IMG/VR virus record: IMGVR_UViG_3300046167_000912
Reading direction: 5' to 3' (one strand)
DNA: 64,000 bases
Source: an uncultured virus (IMG/VR IMGVR_UViG_3300046167_000912)
Taxonomy: Duplodnaviria > Heunggongvirae > Uroviricota > Caudoviricetes
A model generated the notes under the pieces. That model saw nothing but the letters and a program-made list of their open reading frames with translations, made no database searches and was not told the DNA's origin. Positions 19,301-29,653 of the stretch are shown in pieces. The position numbers were made by a program, and so were the translations under genes. How positions within the stretch are numbered: position 1 is the stretch's first letter; each line of letters begins with the position of its first letter.

Positions 19301-22300
19301 TCAGGTTAAGATTTCCTATGGTGTTTTGAATACGCTTGGGGGCGAACAGGCGGTTCGTCTCTCAGGGTCAATCTTGAACACCGCCTTTAAGATTGGTCGG
19401 GGAGAAGGAGACATTGTAACACCGAAGGATTTGCGTGGTGAGGTTGAAGTGGGAGACATTGTTAAGGTGGGCAACCACATCTTTAACATTACCTCTGTAT
19501 CATCGAACCTGCTGGGAGTGAGCCCACCCGCGAGATTTGGTGTCGAGAGTAGTCGTCTGCAACTCTTAGCCGTGCCTGTGTTGACTTATGATGGGCAGGC
19601 ATATACAAACAGCTTCCTGTCTTTGATCGGTTGTGAGTTGAGATCTGCTCCGAATAGCTCAGATATCTATATCAAGGGTGACTTCAGAGATCACTTTTTA
19701 GCAAAATCTATCCTCATAGTGAGTGGTGTTCCTTATCAGGTCTTCCAAGTCAGCCTCACGGATGAGGGCTATACACAAATCACGATAGATGGATTCTCTA
19801 AAGGTCACTCAATAACCTCTACCGCAGAGGGGGAGTTGGCGGTGTCTTATCGCCCGATCTATGAAGGGGGGGAGACTGAGTTATCCTTAACTACAGGTGT
19901 GATTTCCAACTCTGATTTCACTCTTATGAGGTTTGACCATACTGTTGGTCGCGGTCAACAACTCTATTTTAATAAGGACTTCAAGATAGATCTAGAGTCA
20001 GGTCTGATCTCTCTCCTTACGAGTCGGGTGAGTGCTTATGTCTCTTACTACCTATACCACACAGCAATATCCACCCTGAGTCCTCAATCTTTGTATGGGG
20101 GTAGAGTCTCGTACCCTTCTTATAATATAACCTACAAGCGAGCGACACCGCCAACTCAGTACGAGGGGCTTGAGTTGTTGAGTTCTGCTGTTGTGTATGC
20201 ACCCGATTCCTTTTATGTGAGGTCTGTTGAAGTAGGGGAGTATGCCTCTGAAATATCATCTCGCCTATTAGATCGCCTCAAGAGTGTGAATGGCAACGGT
20301 GCTAAGCGAGAGTTCACAGACACGAACCCTAGAGGGAATTCTATAGGGTTCTTTGATTTGATCGCGGAAGACGCCGTATCTAGGGAACGGATCTCACTTT
20401 ACGAAGGGTATATAAAGCCTGTAGAAGATCTTGTTTCTACGAGCACGGGTCATGTAGTGGGAGACTTGGATGGGCGTTTTAAGTTTGAGGTTGAACAGAG
20501 TGGTGATTGGGGCGGTGCTGGCCTAGAAGATCCTGTGACGAAAGAGATACAGCCTCGCTTTATCTTCCAAGAGATACTCGACCCTTTGAATCCGCTAGAC
20601 ATTTACCCCGATCCTCTTGGCGTGATCAAAGTAAACGGGCTGACACCAGATATAGGTCGGCTTCAAGACTTGATGAGGAAGCAGTCTTCTCTAGTGAGGA
20701 ATGAGATCGACGACTATGTTTTAACAAAAACGAACACCGTCGCTGTGGTCAACTCTTTTTTTGAATATGCCGTTGAACTCTTACCTGTGTACCAGCAACT
20801 TTGGAAACCTTCTAGGTTTAGTAGGTTGTTCCCGACTCAGACAAGGGTTCAGACTCTTCGATTAGGAGGTGATCTTTTTGCGGATCGAGATGGTAGAAGT
20901 ACAAACGGCCAGCCTATAGCCTATGTAGAGAATGGGTCTTTAGGTCAGATCGAGAATGTCACCTCTCTCACACTGAAGAAGAGACCTGCTCGCTTCCGAG
21001 TGGTTGACTATTCTTCAAAAGGCTTCGGCGACATTAGTGGTTTGAGTATAGGGAAGCCTACCTTCTTGGTGTCCGCAACCCCCCTCGACGAATTCCCTTT
21101 GACGGCACAAGGACTACCAGACACCGCAAGGTTCTTATCTCAAGGCGGTGATCTTCCTGATGCTTCTTTTGGTTCTTTAGACCTCACATTCAGAGGCTTG
21201 AGTATAGGGTCACACGTAGCCTTGAGTGTAGAATCCGACTTGTACCCTTTAATGGATGTGTCCTCAGACTCAGAGTTACCCGATTCGTTTGGACTCGTAG
21301 TGAACCCTGCCCCTCGATATGTGAAAGTTGAGGCTGTCGTATTAGGGTGTCTTGTCATCCTAGAGGGGAGCTCATTCAATATAGAGGTAAACTCTGTGTC
21401 TTTGAATGACCTGAAAATCAAGAGAGGTGATACCTTAGTGGAGTCTCTTGAGAAAGACTTAGACGATGACTCTGCTTCACTCTCTTACAGGGTAGGCTCA
21501 GATGTCGGTCTTAACTATGCCACGGGTGAAATCATAGACATCAGTCTCCCTAGCTTGAGTGATCCGAGTTTCCCTTTCCAAGAGATCTCAGGTCAAAACG
21601 TACCTCCACCCCTTACCGCTCTCGAAGGTATCGCGGGCTTCACATATGGATCAGTTGAACCTTTCACATACCCTGCACTTGAAGGGTTAGCCTTAGACGA
21701 CGCTGGGGATGAGGGTATTCCTTATCTTCGTAGGTTGAGTGAGAGAGTCATTCTTGCGGAAACCCCTAAGCTACAGGCAGAGTTGGTTAGAGAGGCTCTG
21801 AATGCATCCTCTGGTCTTGAAGAGTCTGTGTACCCTGATGAGGTGAGAGACTCTTCAAGCACCATTTCTCAAGGTGTAATAAATATCAGTACAGATGTCT
21901 CTAGTTTAACAGGTCTTGCAGAACAAGTGCCTAGACAGGGAGACCTCATCCTCATCTCTCCTGACACAACCAACACACAAGGAGCTTCTTCTACGGGAGT
22001 GTTAGAACTCGCCTTATGTAATGAAACAGAGATCTCACCTCCTCACTTTCAGGCTTCTACTGTAGGCAACTCTTTTTCTTTAACAAACCTAGCCGTCGAT
22101 CTTGAGGGAGACCCTTCAAAGGGTGTGACTGTAAGAGAATCCCTCATCTTCAATGCTGTAACAAATGAGTGGGACTCTTCACAGTCTGTCTTTACCTTTG
22201 CGGGATACTCGAAGGTAGATAGCATTATTGATAAGATACTTAATGACGGAGGCTCTCTGACGATCCACCTTCATGACTACAACGACACCTCTGAGGTATT

Positions 22301-25300
22301 TAAGGTTATCCTCTCATATGACGGTTCTTGGTCTATGAAGACGGTGAATAAGAGCGGCGTAGAGGTCATCGCCGCGAATACGACAGTGACAGGCTATGCC
22401 TTAGATTCCATCGAGATCACACAAGACCCAATACCTAACCCTTTGACGGTTGTGGAAGAACCTTTATGGCCTGCAAACACACATGAAACTTGGTTATATA
22501 ACGGAGTTTCGATTTCTCACTTCTGGGGTGCGATGGTTGGTTTTAGGTTCTTCACGTCGCAAGGCAGTGACAGAGTCGCGGAGATCTCCTTGTCTGGAAC
22601 CTACCCTGCACTTTACCTAGACTATAGGCTTGATGTTGAGTTCGGGCTTTCGTCTTCAAATTACATCAACTCGAACCGTTTAGACTTTCACACGGACTTG
22701 AACTTCAACACTTGGGTGTACAGTTCAACGAGCCCTTCAGTTCTCCTAGAAGCTGGAGGTGGTGTGATACCTCTTAACGTATCTTCTTTAATAGACATAC
22801 TGTCTTCAAAGATGCAAGTGAACGAGATCAATGGGGTGAATACGCATTTTGTATCCTCCGATATAAACACCAACCAGATTATGGGCTACAGTCCTTACTC
22901 TCTCGAAGGTGACTCGAACATGATACTAGGAGATCATGTGTTAAGGTTCAAGAGCCTACATGGAGTCAATAGACCCTCTGACTCACTCTCTTTATTTGTA
23001 GGCTCAGAAGTCAATACAGACGGGAATATCTGTTCAGGTTTAGGTTCTCTAGGTAGTTACACTCAGTTCAACACGGAGGATAAAAAGAAAGGTGTTGTCC
23101 AAGGACTCACTTTGTCTCAAGGGTCGATTTCTCATGTGGAAGAAGGTGACGTTATCTATTTGAACTCAGGGCATAGCTCTGGAACACACCGAGTGAAAGC
23201 CGTGATAAAAGAGGCGGTAGACGAGACTGTTAGTTTAGTATTAGGTGACGCGGTGCTCCCTGTCATTTTCCCGAAGGTAGTCAGCAGCTCTCTGAATCTA
23301 GACGGGTCTGTTACGATTCTAACAGACTCCGACAACCTGTCTAACCTGTTCTTCTCTACAGGCTTAAACCTAATCTCTATCATATTGAACAGCAACTACT
23401 TAACCGCACCCTCTTCTAGTCAAGTAGGTGTGTACGACCAAGCCTTCAGTACCTCATTTGTCCGTGTCTCTTATGACTCGATCTCCTCTGACTCTTTTAC
23501 CGTGTCATTAGACGCAGAGTATGCTGACGGCACCGCCGTTTCGGTTACGGATCTTCCAAGTTTGCTGGGTGCTGGAGGGCAGTTGATAGCGGGCATTCAC
23601 AAAGTCCTTTTCCGTCCGCTGAAAACAGGGTTGTTTAGATCAGAACACCCCATAGACGTAGACTCTAACTTTGAGTTCAGCCTACAGGTCGCGGGCGGGA
23701 TCGCAGGCAACTCTGCAGAATTGCAAACAGGTGAAGACTTTGATGGTAATGCAGTTCTCCTTGTACCTAACTCCTTCAATATTGGGGGTCAATGGTTTAC
23801 CTCATACCCTGAGATACTAGATGGTGTAGGCAACTCATACGGTCTGTCTTTTCTACTTCCTCAAGATGCCTTTCAACTGAGGCTGTCTTGTGATCAAGGT
23901 ATTGTGTTGGATAGGGCTTTCCCTCGTCTCTGGAGAAACTATCAGGGTACGACCCCGACGCTCTTTAACGACGGGAGTTCACAAGTTATCTCCCTTGAAG
24001 ATTACACCCTCACAGACACCCCAGCTTGGCCATACTATGAAGAAGTCACTTTCGTTGTGCGAAGACTGAGGAGGTTCACTGACCTCTTCAGCAAGCTGAT
24101 CTATAACCTAGAGGGATATAGGTACTTGTACGAGAAGAGATCTGGGCAGGTTGAGTCAGTGACAAGAGATGGGGATCTGATCACAGTTACACCTCTTAAG
24201 ATAGAGGGTCAAGCAACCAACGTAGGCGAGATACCTGAAACAATCTCTGTGGGGGATGATGTTGTTTGTTACACCGCATTGGGGGAGGAGAGCCTGAAAA
24301 TCAGAGTTTCTGAAACTTTGGATAACTCCTTTAAGGGTAGGGTAGTCTATGGTGAGGCAAACGCTTCTACCTCTTGGTTTGAAGTGATTGTTAAAGAAAA
24401 CCTTGTACCTCAGATACAGTCTTTTGATTCTCTGGTCTCACATGGGTTTGAAGTCTCCTATGCCACTCAAGCTGTGCTGGGTATTGAAGTCTCTGCGGAA
24501 AATGTCCTTACAGATAACAACACAGACTTCACCCAGATCCTATCGGGGGATGATTTGTATTACCTAGTGATAGACCCTCAAGGGCTGTTACAAGGAACTG
24601 CGACAGAGTACGGTCAGCCCGCGATGGGAGATCCTGACTCTTTGAGTCTTCTAGACGACAACAGAGGTTCTTATCTTGTTACCTCTTTTACTACGAACAC
24701 TCTGACTGTGGCATTCAAAGGTAGAACCGACTTCTTACCCGATGTTAATGGACTTAAAGATAATCCTTTACGAGTCACTTCGGGGGTCGATAATGGAAGC
24801 TATCTCGGCTCATCTAACTCGGTACACCCTTTTTCTTATCGGTTATTAAAGAAGAAGTCTTACCTAGATCAGGGACTTGCTGAAGATATCTTGTTCTTCC
24901 GAGAGAGGACACTCTCTTGGGTAGAGAAGATCCGCAAGTTTAATGATCTTCCCTCAGAGGCATTGTCTTGGACGGACTATGAGCAAGGGGATTACATAGA
25001 GGTTGTAGGTGAATACGACCACACGCACCCTTCTAATGACTTATTAGTCTCCACCTTGCTGGGGGACGGTTCTTATCCTTTCAGCTCGGATCTCCTATCT
25101 GTAAATGATCGTAGGTTGCTCATTGAAGACCCCCAGATGGTAATGGAAGGTCACTCGTCACTTGAGGGTATGCCTTCCTTGCTAGAGAGTGGTATTTCTT
25201 CTATGGGAGCTAGGGGCAAGAGAGACTCTTGGATAAATGCCCGCACTAACCAGATTGAAGGCACGTTATCTAGGCTGAGTAGAGTAGACCTCGAAACCCT

Positions 25301-25334
25301 GAAGACACAATCTTTGGAGGATATTAATGAGTGA
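16383..25334 (+). CDS. Very large (2983 aa) putative virion/tail-baseplate structural protein
   Basis: Uninterrupted ORF, AGGAG SD, acidic beta-rich composition, recurrent motifs such as DFKIDLESGLI / FNKSSGAISF typical of tail proteins. Confidence 0.7.
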   Translation: MILDVRSGEDNSKDTGLSLRRVDGHVSFIGGEPVRMGRVSHAAVGDLGDVLFLASGDGDIGVTSRPVTFKKLFTLGVKHYYGTGLRDGIVNEVRGEGGQVLRLLYGGSVVESETDDLVLGVGDVGLGFWWTRNDVERVRFEHRGASWSLLKGGAGEDVGVVGGELESLNSLDGVLRVGDRVYDIGVDIPVEEDDSRLSEFVAIVLSGTGELLFSGSEVDLGDRVIHLRGSGAVNGWGGLVSGDYLSPRPSPCERPLLRDGHRGYMEVRRVVDFSAEVDFGVVELKASGEIKVSSLLSGELSYDGLVLGHLVLDDGHDLGGAIGSVDIPVDMLPDGTGLKPVGSATSFRNDGSGLVYAYRNSRHWVSVGGELLEVLFVDELPRRLDRNFGYVERGSRRVILNASWSGEVISGGHRLYLGEVSCVLNRVVSHLSSKNWGVDSGVFTLTNGEEISFDKVSVTGAGVSLEVGHLVLDEGLEVSALSDISVLKGVGLIAGSSTGLVLELGGGTVSGYYSYEEESVGDVSGTDYQLLTFDPRQDFSNSFKVGDKVLIENEDYIYVSDPRGFRWVVSQQLSGEIREPTSRLFLGHGVMSNTSSLTLKRELVEGGIESVDYTEGVGYNLEGSQLTLKRDVGEELTRGVGVGEGMELIGGDVSLISSGDWINWQGYFYKVESLNGVVVSLSGSVSRGSGIWIAYKGYREGVLGLETPDSSRLCGEVFSEIRAGGEVVVYKVYNNLALGSSGLGSSHILRSGDIDVPLYILREENVEAPQYVFAEGDAHVTSGSYVLRVGGVDYQQGVAQGIYRFVVEGDRFVFQVEDSGIWSEDASWVEGDVILRRVPRVGLQDWAEVSLTGDDLSSPFESFDQFLTSEEGVTFNKSSGAISFAEPLERGLGVEVSYVGLDGVRVLETLIFSVLGEVMTRESERSYVFNGVGLEVELEVTPSVYVNSELISGHLYSFGPSEVIFKFDVEAEAQVKISYGVLNTLGGEQAVRLSGSILNTAFKIGRGEGDIVTPKDLRGEVEVGDIVKVGNHIFNITSVSSNLLGVSPPARFGVESSRLQLLAVPVLTYDGQAYTNSFLSLIGCELRSAPNSSDIYIKGDFRDHFLAKSILIVSGVPYQVFQVSLTDEGYTQITIDGFSKGHSITSTAEGELAVSYRPIYEGGETELSLTTGVISNSDFTLMRFDHTVGRGQQLYFNKDFKIDLESGLISLLTSRVSAYVSYYLYHTAISTLSPQSLYGGRVSYPSYNITYKRATPPTQYEGLELLSSAVVYAPDSFYVRSVEVGEYASEISSRLLDRLKSVNGNGAKREFTDTNPRGNSIGFFDLIAEDAVSRERISLYEGYIKPVEDLVSTSTGHVVGDLDGRFKFEVEQSGDWGGAGLEDPVTKEIQPRFIFQEILDPLNPLDIYPDPLGVIKVNGLTPDIGRLQDLMRKQSSLVRNEIDDYVLTKTNTVAVVNSFFEYAVELLPVYQQLWKPSRFSRLFPTQTRVQTLRLGGDLFADRDGRSTNGQPIAYVENGSLGQIENVTSLTLKKRPARFRVVDYSSKGFGDISGLSIGKPTFLVSATPLDEFPLTAQGLPDTARFLSQGGDLPDASFGSLDLTFRGLSIGSHVALSVESDLYPLMDVSSDSELPDSFGLVVNPAPRYVKVEAVVLGCLVILEGSSFNIEVNSVSLNDLKIKRGDTLVESLEKDLDDDSASLSYRVGSDVGLNYATGEIIDISLPSLSDPSFPFQEISGQNVPPPLTALEGIAGFTYGSVEPFTYPALEGLALDDAGDEGIPYLRRLSERVILAETPKLQAELVREALNASSGLEESVYPDEVRDSSSTISQGVINISTDVSSLTGLAEQVPRQGDLILISPDTTNTQGASSTGVLELALCNETEISPPHFQASTVGNSFSLTNLAVDLEGDPSKGVTVRESLIFNAVTNEWDSSQSVFTFAGYSKVDSIIDKILNDGGSLTIHLHDYNDTSEVFKVILSYDGSWSMKTVNKSGVEVIAANTTVTGYALDSIEITQDPIPNPLTVVEEPLWPANTHETWLYNGVSISHFWGAMVGFRFFTSQGSDRVAEISLSGTYPALYLDYRLDVEFGLSSSNYINSNRLDFHTDLNFNTWVYSSTSPSVLLEAGGGVIPLNVSSLIDILSSKMQVNEINGVNTHFVSSDINTNQIMGYSPYSLEGDSNMILGDHVLRFKSLHGVNRPSDSLSLFVGSEVNTDGNICSGLGSLGSYTQFNTEDKKKGVVQGLTLSQGSISHVEEGDVIYLNSGHSSGTHRVKAVIKEAVDETVSLVLGDAVLPVIFPKVVSSSLNLDGSVTILTDSDNLSNLFFSTGLNLISIILNSNYLTAPSSSQVGVYDQAFSTSFVRVSYDSISSDSFTVSLDAEYADGTAVSVTDLPSLLGAGGQLIAGIHKVLFRPLKTGLFRSEHPIDVDSNFEFSLQVAGGIAGNSAELQTGEDFDGNAVLLVPNSFNIGGQWFTSYPEILDGVGNSYGLSFLLPQDAFQLRLSCDQGIVLDRAFPRLWRNYQGTTPTLFNDGSSQVISLEDYTLTDTPAWPYYEEVTFVVRRLRRFTDLFSKLIYNLEGYRYLYEKRSGQVESVTRDGDLITVTPLKIEGQATNVGEIPETISVGDDVVCYTALGEESLKIRVSETLDNSFKGRVVYGEANASTSWFEVIVKENLVPQIQSFDSLVSHGFEVSYATQAVLGIEVSAENVLTDNNTDFTQILSGDDLYYLVIDPQGLLQGTATEYGQPAMGDPDSLSLLDDNRGSYLVTSFTTNTLTVAFKGRTDFLPDVNGLKDNPLRVTSGVDNGSYLGSSNSVHPFSYRLLKKKSYLDQGLAEDILFFRERTLSWVEKIRKFNDLPSEALSWTDYEQGDYIEVVGEYDHTHPSNDLLVSTLLGDGSYPFSSDLLSVNDRRLLIEDPQMVMEGHSSLEGMPSLLESGISSMGARGKRDSWINARTNQIEGTLSRLSRVDLETLKTQSLEDINE

Positions 25335-25536
25335 AGGTAAGTGGAAAGAATCTAATCAGAACCCCAACCTTGAGGGGACTCAAGTGGGAGACCTTGCAGG
25401 ACAGCTTGGGTTGTTAAAGGCATACTTCGAAGCAGAGATGGCGAAAGAGATGCAGAAACTCTCCTACCTTGAGCGTAAGAAGCAGGCCCTTGAAACCCAG
25501 AAGAGAAAGCAAAGGAAGGTGGACGAAAATGGCTGA
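25327..25536 (+). CDS. Small coiled-coil protein
   Basis: GGAGG SD, overlaps both neighbours. Confidence 0.7.
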   Translation: MSEGKWKESNQNPNLEGTQVGDLAGQLGLLKAYFEAEMAKEMQKLSYLERKKQALETQKRKQRKVDENG

Positions 25537-27961
25537 TCAAGATCCTAGAGCTTACATAGTTGACGCGAGGAGAGACAGTTGGGGCTTTGTCGGCATGCCC
25601 AAAGAAAATGGGGTTTATGACACACTAAGCTCTCTGAAAAAGTCATCGGATTCCTTTTTTGAAGTGGTCTTGCTAGGTTTCGAGTTAGTGAACGCCGTGT
25701 TGGATTTGGTTGCGTCCTTTCTCGCTGATGTCACAAACCCAATCAAGATCATCGTAGATGCAATTGTCTCAGTCCTCAACTCTTTCATTGAGGACTTGAG
25801 GAACGCTGGCTTCTATTGGACGTGGGATAGACCTCTCAATGACCTCTCTAAGCTATTTGGGGGGTATCCTAGCTATGAGATTCGGACTGTCCAGAAGTTG
25901 CTGAACAAAGGCGACTCTTCGAGACCCGATTTTGGAGCAGACACAAAGGTCTTTGCGATGAATTTCTTCGCAGGAGTTGGAGCGGAGGGCATAGAGGGGA
26001 TTTACCTGAATGTCATTAAGCCGATACAAGAGTTAATTAATGTAGTCAAGACAGACTACAAAGCAGACATTAAAGCTCCTATCGACACCGAAGTTAGCTT
26101 CTTTAAAGACTTTGGGTTCAATGCAGAGATAGACCCGAAAGACGGATCGGGAGACAGCTTACCTGATGGTATTCGAGTTAAGTGGAAGCTACCTGTCACC
26201 AAGTCCACTAACCCATACTTCCCTAGAACATTCTTCGCCCCAGACACCTTTGTGGTATGTGTGAGTTGTAGAGAACAAGGTGACCTAATAGGGGTGGGTG
26301 TTACGAGGCCGCGAGAGGAGTCTGAGGTTACAGACATCAACAACTCTCCCTCGATCACTTTACCTCAACTGATAGAATCCCCTCGTCCAATACCTGCAAG
26401 GCTCTTACCTCTGCTCATAAACAGGGAGGGCATTTACCAAGACATACTTGAGGCAGGAGATCTGAGACAAGGAGAGATTATAAATGTGAGCCCGCCCCAA
26501 GCTCTGAGCGACATTGAGGGTGTACCTCTTCTAGCTTATGGTAGGGGTGAAATTTATACTCGGAGCATAGAGGGCAAGCCGATCAAGGAGGTCTATAAGG
26601 CTTTCTCCTTTAAGCCTGAGGTGACAGGCTCAGGAGAACCTAGCTTCTTCTTAGATATACCTTTTGATGCTTTGAAGATTGATAGGAGTCTTCAAGAGGA
26701 TTACTATGTCACGATCTACTCTTGCACTGACGGGTCAAGCCTGAAAGTTTCTGAAGTCCCAAATATGGAGGCTAAAAAAATCGTGGGTGGGAGAACCATA
26801 ACAGACGTGTTCACAAAGCCGACAGAGGTGGATGTCGCTAACCTTTCAAACCCCTCCGCTACAGTTCATGTGGATATACCTATAAGAGCAAAGGTTGATT
26901 ACCACTTTGCGATGCGAGAGTTCTTCTGCTGGTTCTTATTGGCAAGGCTCTCTGAGCCCTCTGCTAGGGCAAAAACTTCGATCTCTATAAGCACAGAGTT
27001 ATTGGTCAACCTGCTTAAATTAATGAGCCTCAAAACACCTCTCGACGTAAGTCAGAGACTATACGCGAGGTCTGGTTTGAATAGGGAGTCTTTCGCAGAG
27101 AGGGTCATTGCTTTGGTCGATCATATGATGAAGAAACTGCCTTCCCCCCCTTCAAGTTTTCTAGCACAGTCAAACCAAGAGATCCAGACCCTGATTAACT
27201 CAGGTTATCCTATGTATGAGTTACTTGAGAAGACAACGGAGGGTGGTAATGCAGAGGGCTACTTCCCGATGGGTACTCTACGAGGTAGGGGGTCGGAGGG
27301 AATCATCTATAACCACACCTATGATAGGACGACTGAGGTTCGATGGGAAGATCTCGCAAGCGATTTTGGAATCCCTGTTGAGGATAAGTTTATCAGCGGA
27401 TCTCTTTACAGCTACTCCCCTTTCTTGCGTCAGCTAGGTAATGGGAGAAGAGTACAAGCTACCGTCGCCTCTCTCACTAAGTTGCCTGCTGTCATGAAAG
27501 CAGGGATTAAGTTGATGAGTGCCGTACCCTCAAATGAAGAAAGTTCTGGGGCATGGGTAAACGTCAGACCTTTTCAAGATACAGACCTCTCTGTGTTCCT
27601 ACAGGGCGTAGAGGACTTTAAGAGGTACATAGAAGCGTACCAAAAGGGGTTGGAGGGCGTGATCTCTGAGATCTTGAAGTATATCCGTCTCGTTCAACAG
27701 AGGATATTGGAACTCAAGCAGATAATCCTCAAGTTAAAGGCTATCATAGACGCCATCTTGAACTTCAGGCTTCCAATAGGCTTACATGGAGCTTACCACA
27801 TAACTAATGGAACAGGCGGGTTGGTGAGTGCTGTAATCAACTCTCAAAACAAGCCGCCTATTGGCTCTACGGGATATGGAGCAGGTTCCATGATGGTGGC
27901 TGGTGGTTTACCTTCTATCTTAGTTGAGCTGTTCATTGCTTTGATCGGGGGTGAAGAATGA
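25529..27961 (+). CDS. Large hypothetical, probable virion protein
   Basis: Start ATG 25529 (MADQDP); helical N- and C-terminal regions; operonic with the giant ORF. Confidence 0.7.
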   Translation: MADQDPRAYIVDARRDSWGFVGMPKENGVYDTLSSLKKSSDSFFEVVLLGFELVNAVLDLVASFLADVTNPIKIIVDAIVSVLNSFIEDLRNAGFYWTWDRPLNDLSKLFGGYPSYEIRTVQKLLNKGDSSRPDFGADTKVFAMNFFAGVGAEGIEGIYLNVIKPIQELINVVKTDYKADIKAPIDTEVSFFKDFGFNAEIDPKDGSGDSLPDGIRVKWKLPVTKSTNPYFPRTFFAPDTFVVCVSCREQGDLIGVGVTRPREESEVTDINNSPSITLPQLIESPRPIPARLLPLLINREGIYQDILEAGDLRQGEIINVSPPQALSDIEGVPLLAYGRGEIYTRSIEGKPIKEVYKAFSFKPEVTGSGEPSFFLDIPFDALKIDRSLQEDYYVTIYSCTDGSSLKVSEVPNMEAKKIVGGRTITDVFTKPTEVDVANLSNPSATVHVDIPIRAKVDYHFAMREFFCWFLLARLSEPSARAKTSISISTELLVNLLKLMSLKTPLDVSQRLYARSGLNRESFAERVIALVDHMMKKLPSPPSSFLAQSNQEIQTLINSGYPMYELLEKTTEGGNAEGYFPMGTLRGRGSEGIIYNHTYDRTTEVRWEDLASDFGIPVEDKFISGSLYSYSPFLRQLGNGRRVQATVASLTKLPAVMKAGIKLMSAVPSNEESSGAWVNVRPFQDTDLSVFLQGVEDFKRYIEAYQKGLEGVISEILKYIRLVQQRILELKQIILKLKAIIDAILNFRLPIGLHGAYHITNGTGGLVSAVINSQNKPPIGSTGYGAGSMMVAGGLPSILVELFIALIGGEE

Positions 27962-28842
27962 GCTTTGGTTGGAACTGTATGTTTAGGAGAGGGTCTTGGG
28001 TCGAGTTCAGGAGATTCGTTCTTTTACAGAGGAAGAATGTGCCTGACAGGATTTTACATATCAACAAAGAGCTCAGTAAGATTGGTCAGATCGAAATTGA
28101 GTACGAGAAGTCTGAGGGGAGGGTGACAGAGAAGAGGTCGGGCTTCTTTGTCGAGAGGAACACCACTCTAGGGAAGCTACTTGTTGCCTATATTGCCCAA
28201 GGAGGCAACCCTTTCGACATCTCGATGTTCCTGATACCAGATTCCTACAGAATAACGGACACGGGGGATACTGAGATTTCAGAGTATTCCGCTGGAGGTA
28301 AGTCCGTCAGTTTCACTCAACCTTATGGTGGTGTCCTATACCCTCAATCACAAGAAGAAGATGAATTCAAAGGTCAAGACCAAAGAGGCTGGTTGCCGTT
28401 ATGGAAGTTCCCGCCCCGAAAGCTTGGGGGGAATGAAACAAACATATACCCTGAGGCAGATGAGATCGGGGGTCAGATCACAGAAGCGAGACGTTGGGTA
28501 AGACAAGAGATCGCACAACTAAGAAATGATCTTGAAGCAAGGATAATAAAAATCTGTGACTTGAGGGAGGAACTTATAAAGGAGAGAGACGTGGTGCTGT
28601 ACAACGCATTGGTCGGGTCTGTCGCTGCCCTAGAAGATTTCGACCCTAACGAAGTCTTAGAGGAGAACCATCTTAGTTATATCGTGACGAATATCGACCT
28701 GAATTTCTTTGAAAAGCGAGAAGGTTCTGAGACCAGAACGGCAGACATCTCTAAGCCCTTACCCTTAAAAACTCCTTTATCACTTTACCAATGTTTGCTC
28801 GACGACGAACCCTCTGGGGAAGAGGAAAATACCGCTTTATGA
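27958..28842 (+). CDS. Hypothetical, probable virion protein with coiled coil
   Basis: 294 aa, ATGA overlap. Confidence 0.7.
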   Translation: MSFGWNCMFRRGSWVEFRRFVLLQRKNVPDRILHINKELSKIGQIEIEYEKSEGRVTEKRSGFFVERNTTLGKLLVAYIAQGGNPFDISMFLIPDSYRITDTGDTEISEYSAGGKSVSFTQPYGGVLYPQSQEEDEFKGQDQRGWLPLWKFPPRKLGGNETNIYPEADEIGGQITEARRWVRQEIAQLRNDLEARIIKICDLREELIKERDVVLYNALVGSVAALEDFDPNEVLEENHLSYIVTNIDLNFFEKREGSETRTADISKPLPLKTPLSLYQCLLDDEPSGEEENTAL

Positions 28843-29198
28843 AAACTCTACTGTTCGCTCTACTCATCTCTCTAGTGCCTTTAAAGTCTCACTCTCAAGA
28901 GCCTTGCATAGACCCATATTACTCAGAAGTCCATGTCACGGGTCATCTCTCAACAAAGTCTAGGGATCTCATCACCTTAGAAGTGTATGTTCCGTCTTTC
29001 TTAGATCACTATAAAGACGGCAACAAAATTGTCATCCTAAACTCCTATGTAGAGGGTGCAGGCATCTTTATCATTGAAGAAATGGTTCAGCTCACACAGG
29101 TAGGTGGAGACTTACAGGTCAGCCCCAGAGATGAAGGTCTTCAGTTAGTGAGGGTCGTTAAAGGCAACGACAAACTTACCATCACTTACAAGAAATAG
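28839..29198 (+). CDS. Hypothetical protein with signal peptide
   Basis: Start ATG 28839: MKTLLFALLISLVPLKSHSQE. Confidence 0.7.
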   Translation: MKTLLFALLISLVPLKSHSQEPCIDPYYSEVHVTGHLSTKSRDLITLEVYVPSFLDHYKDGNKIVILNSYVEGAGIFIIEEMVQLTQVGGDLQVSPRDEGLQLVRVVKGNDKLTITYKK

Positions 29199-29206
29199 GA
29201 TTTGAT

Positions 29207-29653
29207 TTGACACAAGACATTCAATCAACAAACATTAAGAATATTCGTTCAGGTTTTGTAGGCGGAGAGACCCGAGACGGTTATGTAGAACCTTCGGGAG
29301 ACTCTATCGTTTATGTGTACACTAACAACATTTCAGTGTACGTGCCTCTCACTCAACTACCTGACGACGCAGAGTCTTTGAACGAGAGCGTTCTTGACAC
29401 CATTAAGGATCAGGTTAAAGACTCCTCTCTAGTAGGGCCTCATTGGTCTGATTTCATGCAAGAAGCAGAGCATGGCTTGTACTATAGCAGAGAGCTACGA
29501 GATGAGTTAACAATTTTCGGGTCTGCTGAGATAGCACACCCCAGCACTAGCGGTTACCGCCTCGCTCTGAGAAATTCTAAGGGCTTCATCGAGGATGAAG
29601 GCGACAACCCTTGCTTTCACTACTCAGTTAAGCTGAGTGCAAAAGATGTCTAA
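29207..29653 (+). CDS. Hypothetical protein
   Basis: 148 aa, TTG start after AGGA. Confidence 0.65.
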   Translation: MTQDIQSTNIKNIRSGFVGGETRDGYVEPSGDSIVYVYTNNISVYVPLTQLPDDAESLNESVLDTIKDQVKDSSLVGPHWSDFMQEAEHGLYYSRELRDELTIFGSAEIAHPSTSGYRLALRNSKGFIEDEGDNPCFHYSVKLSAKDV

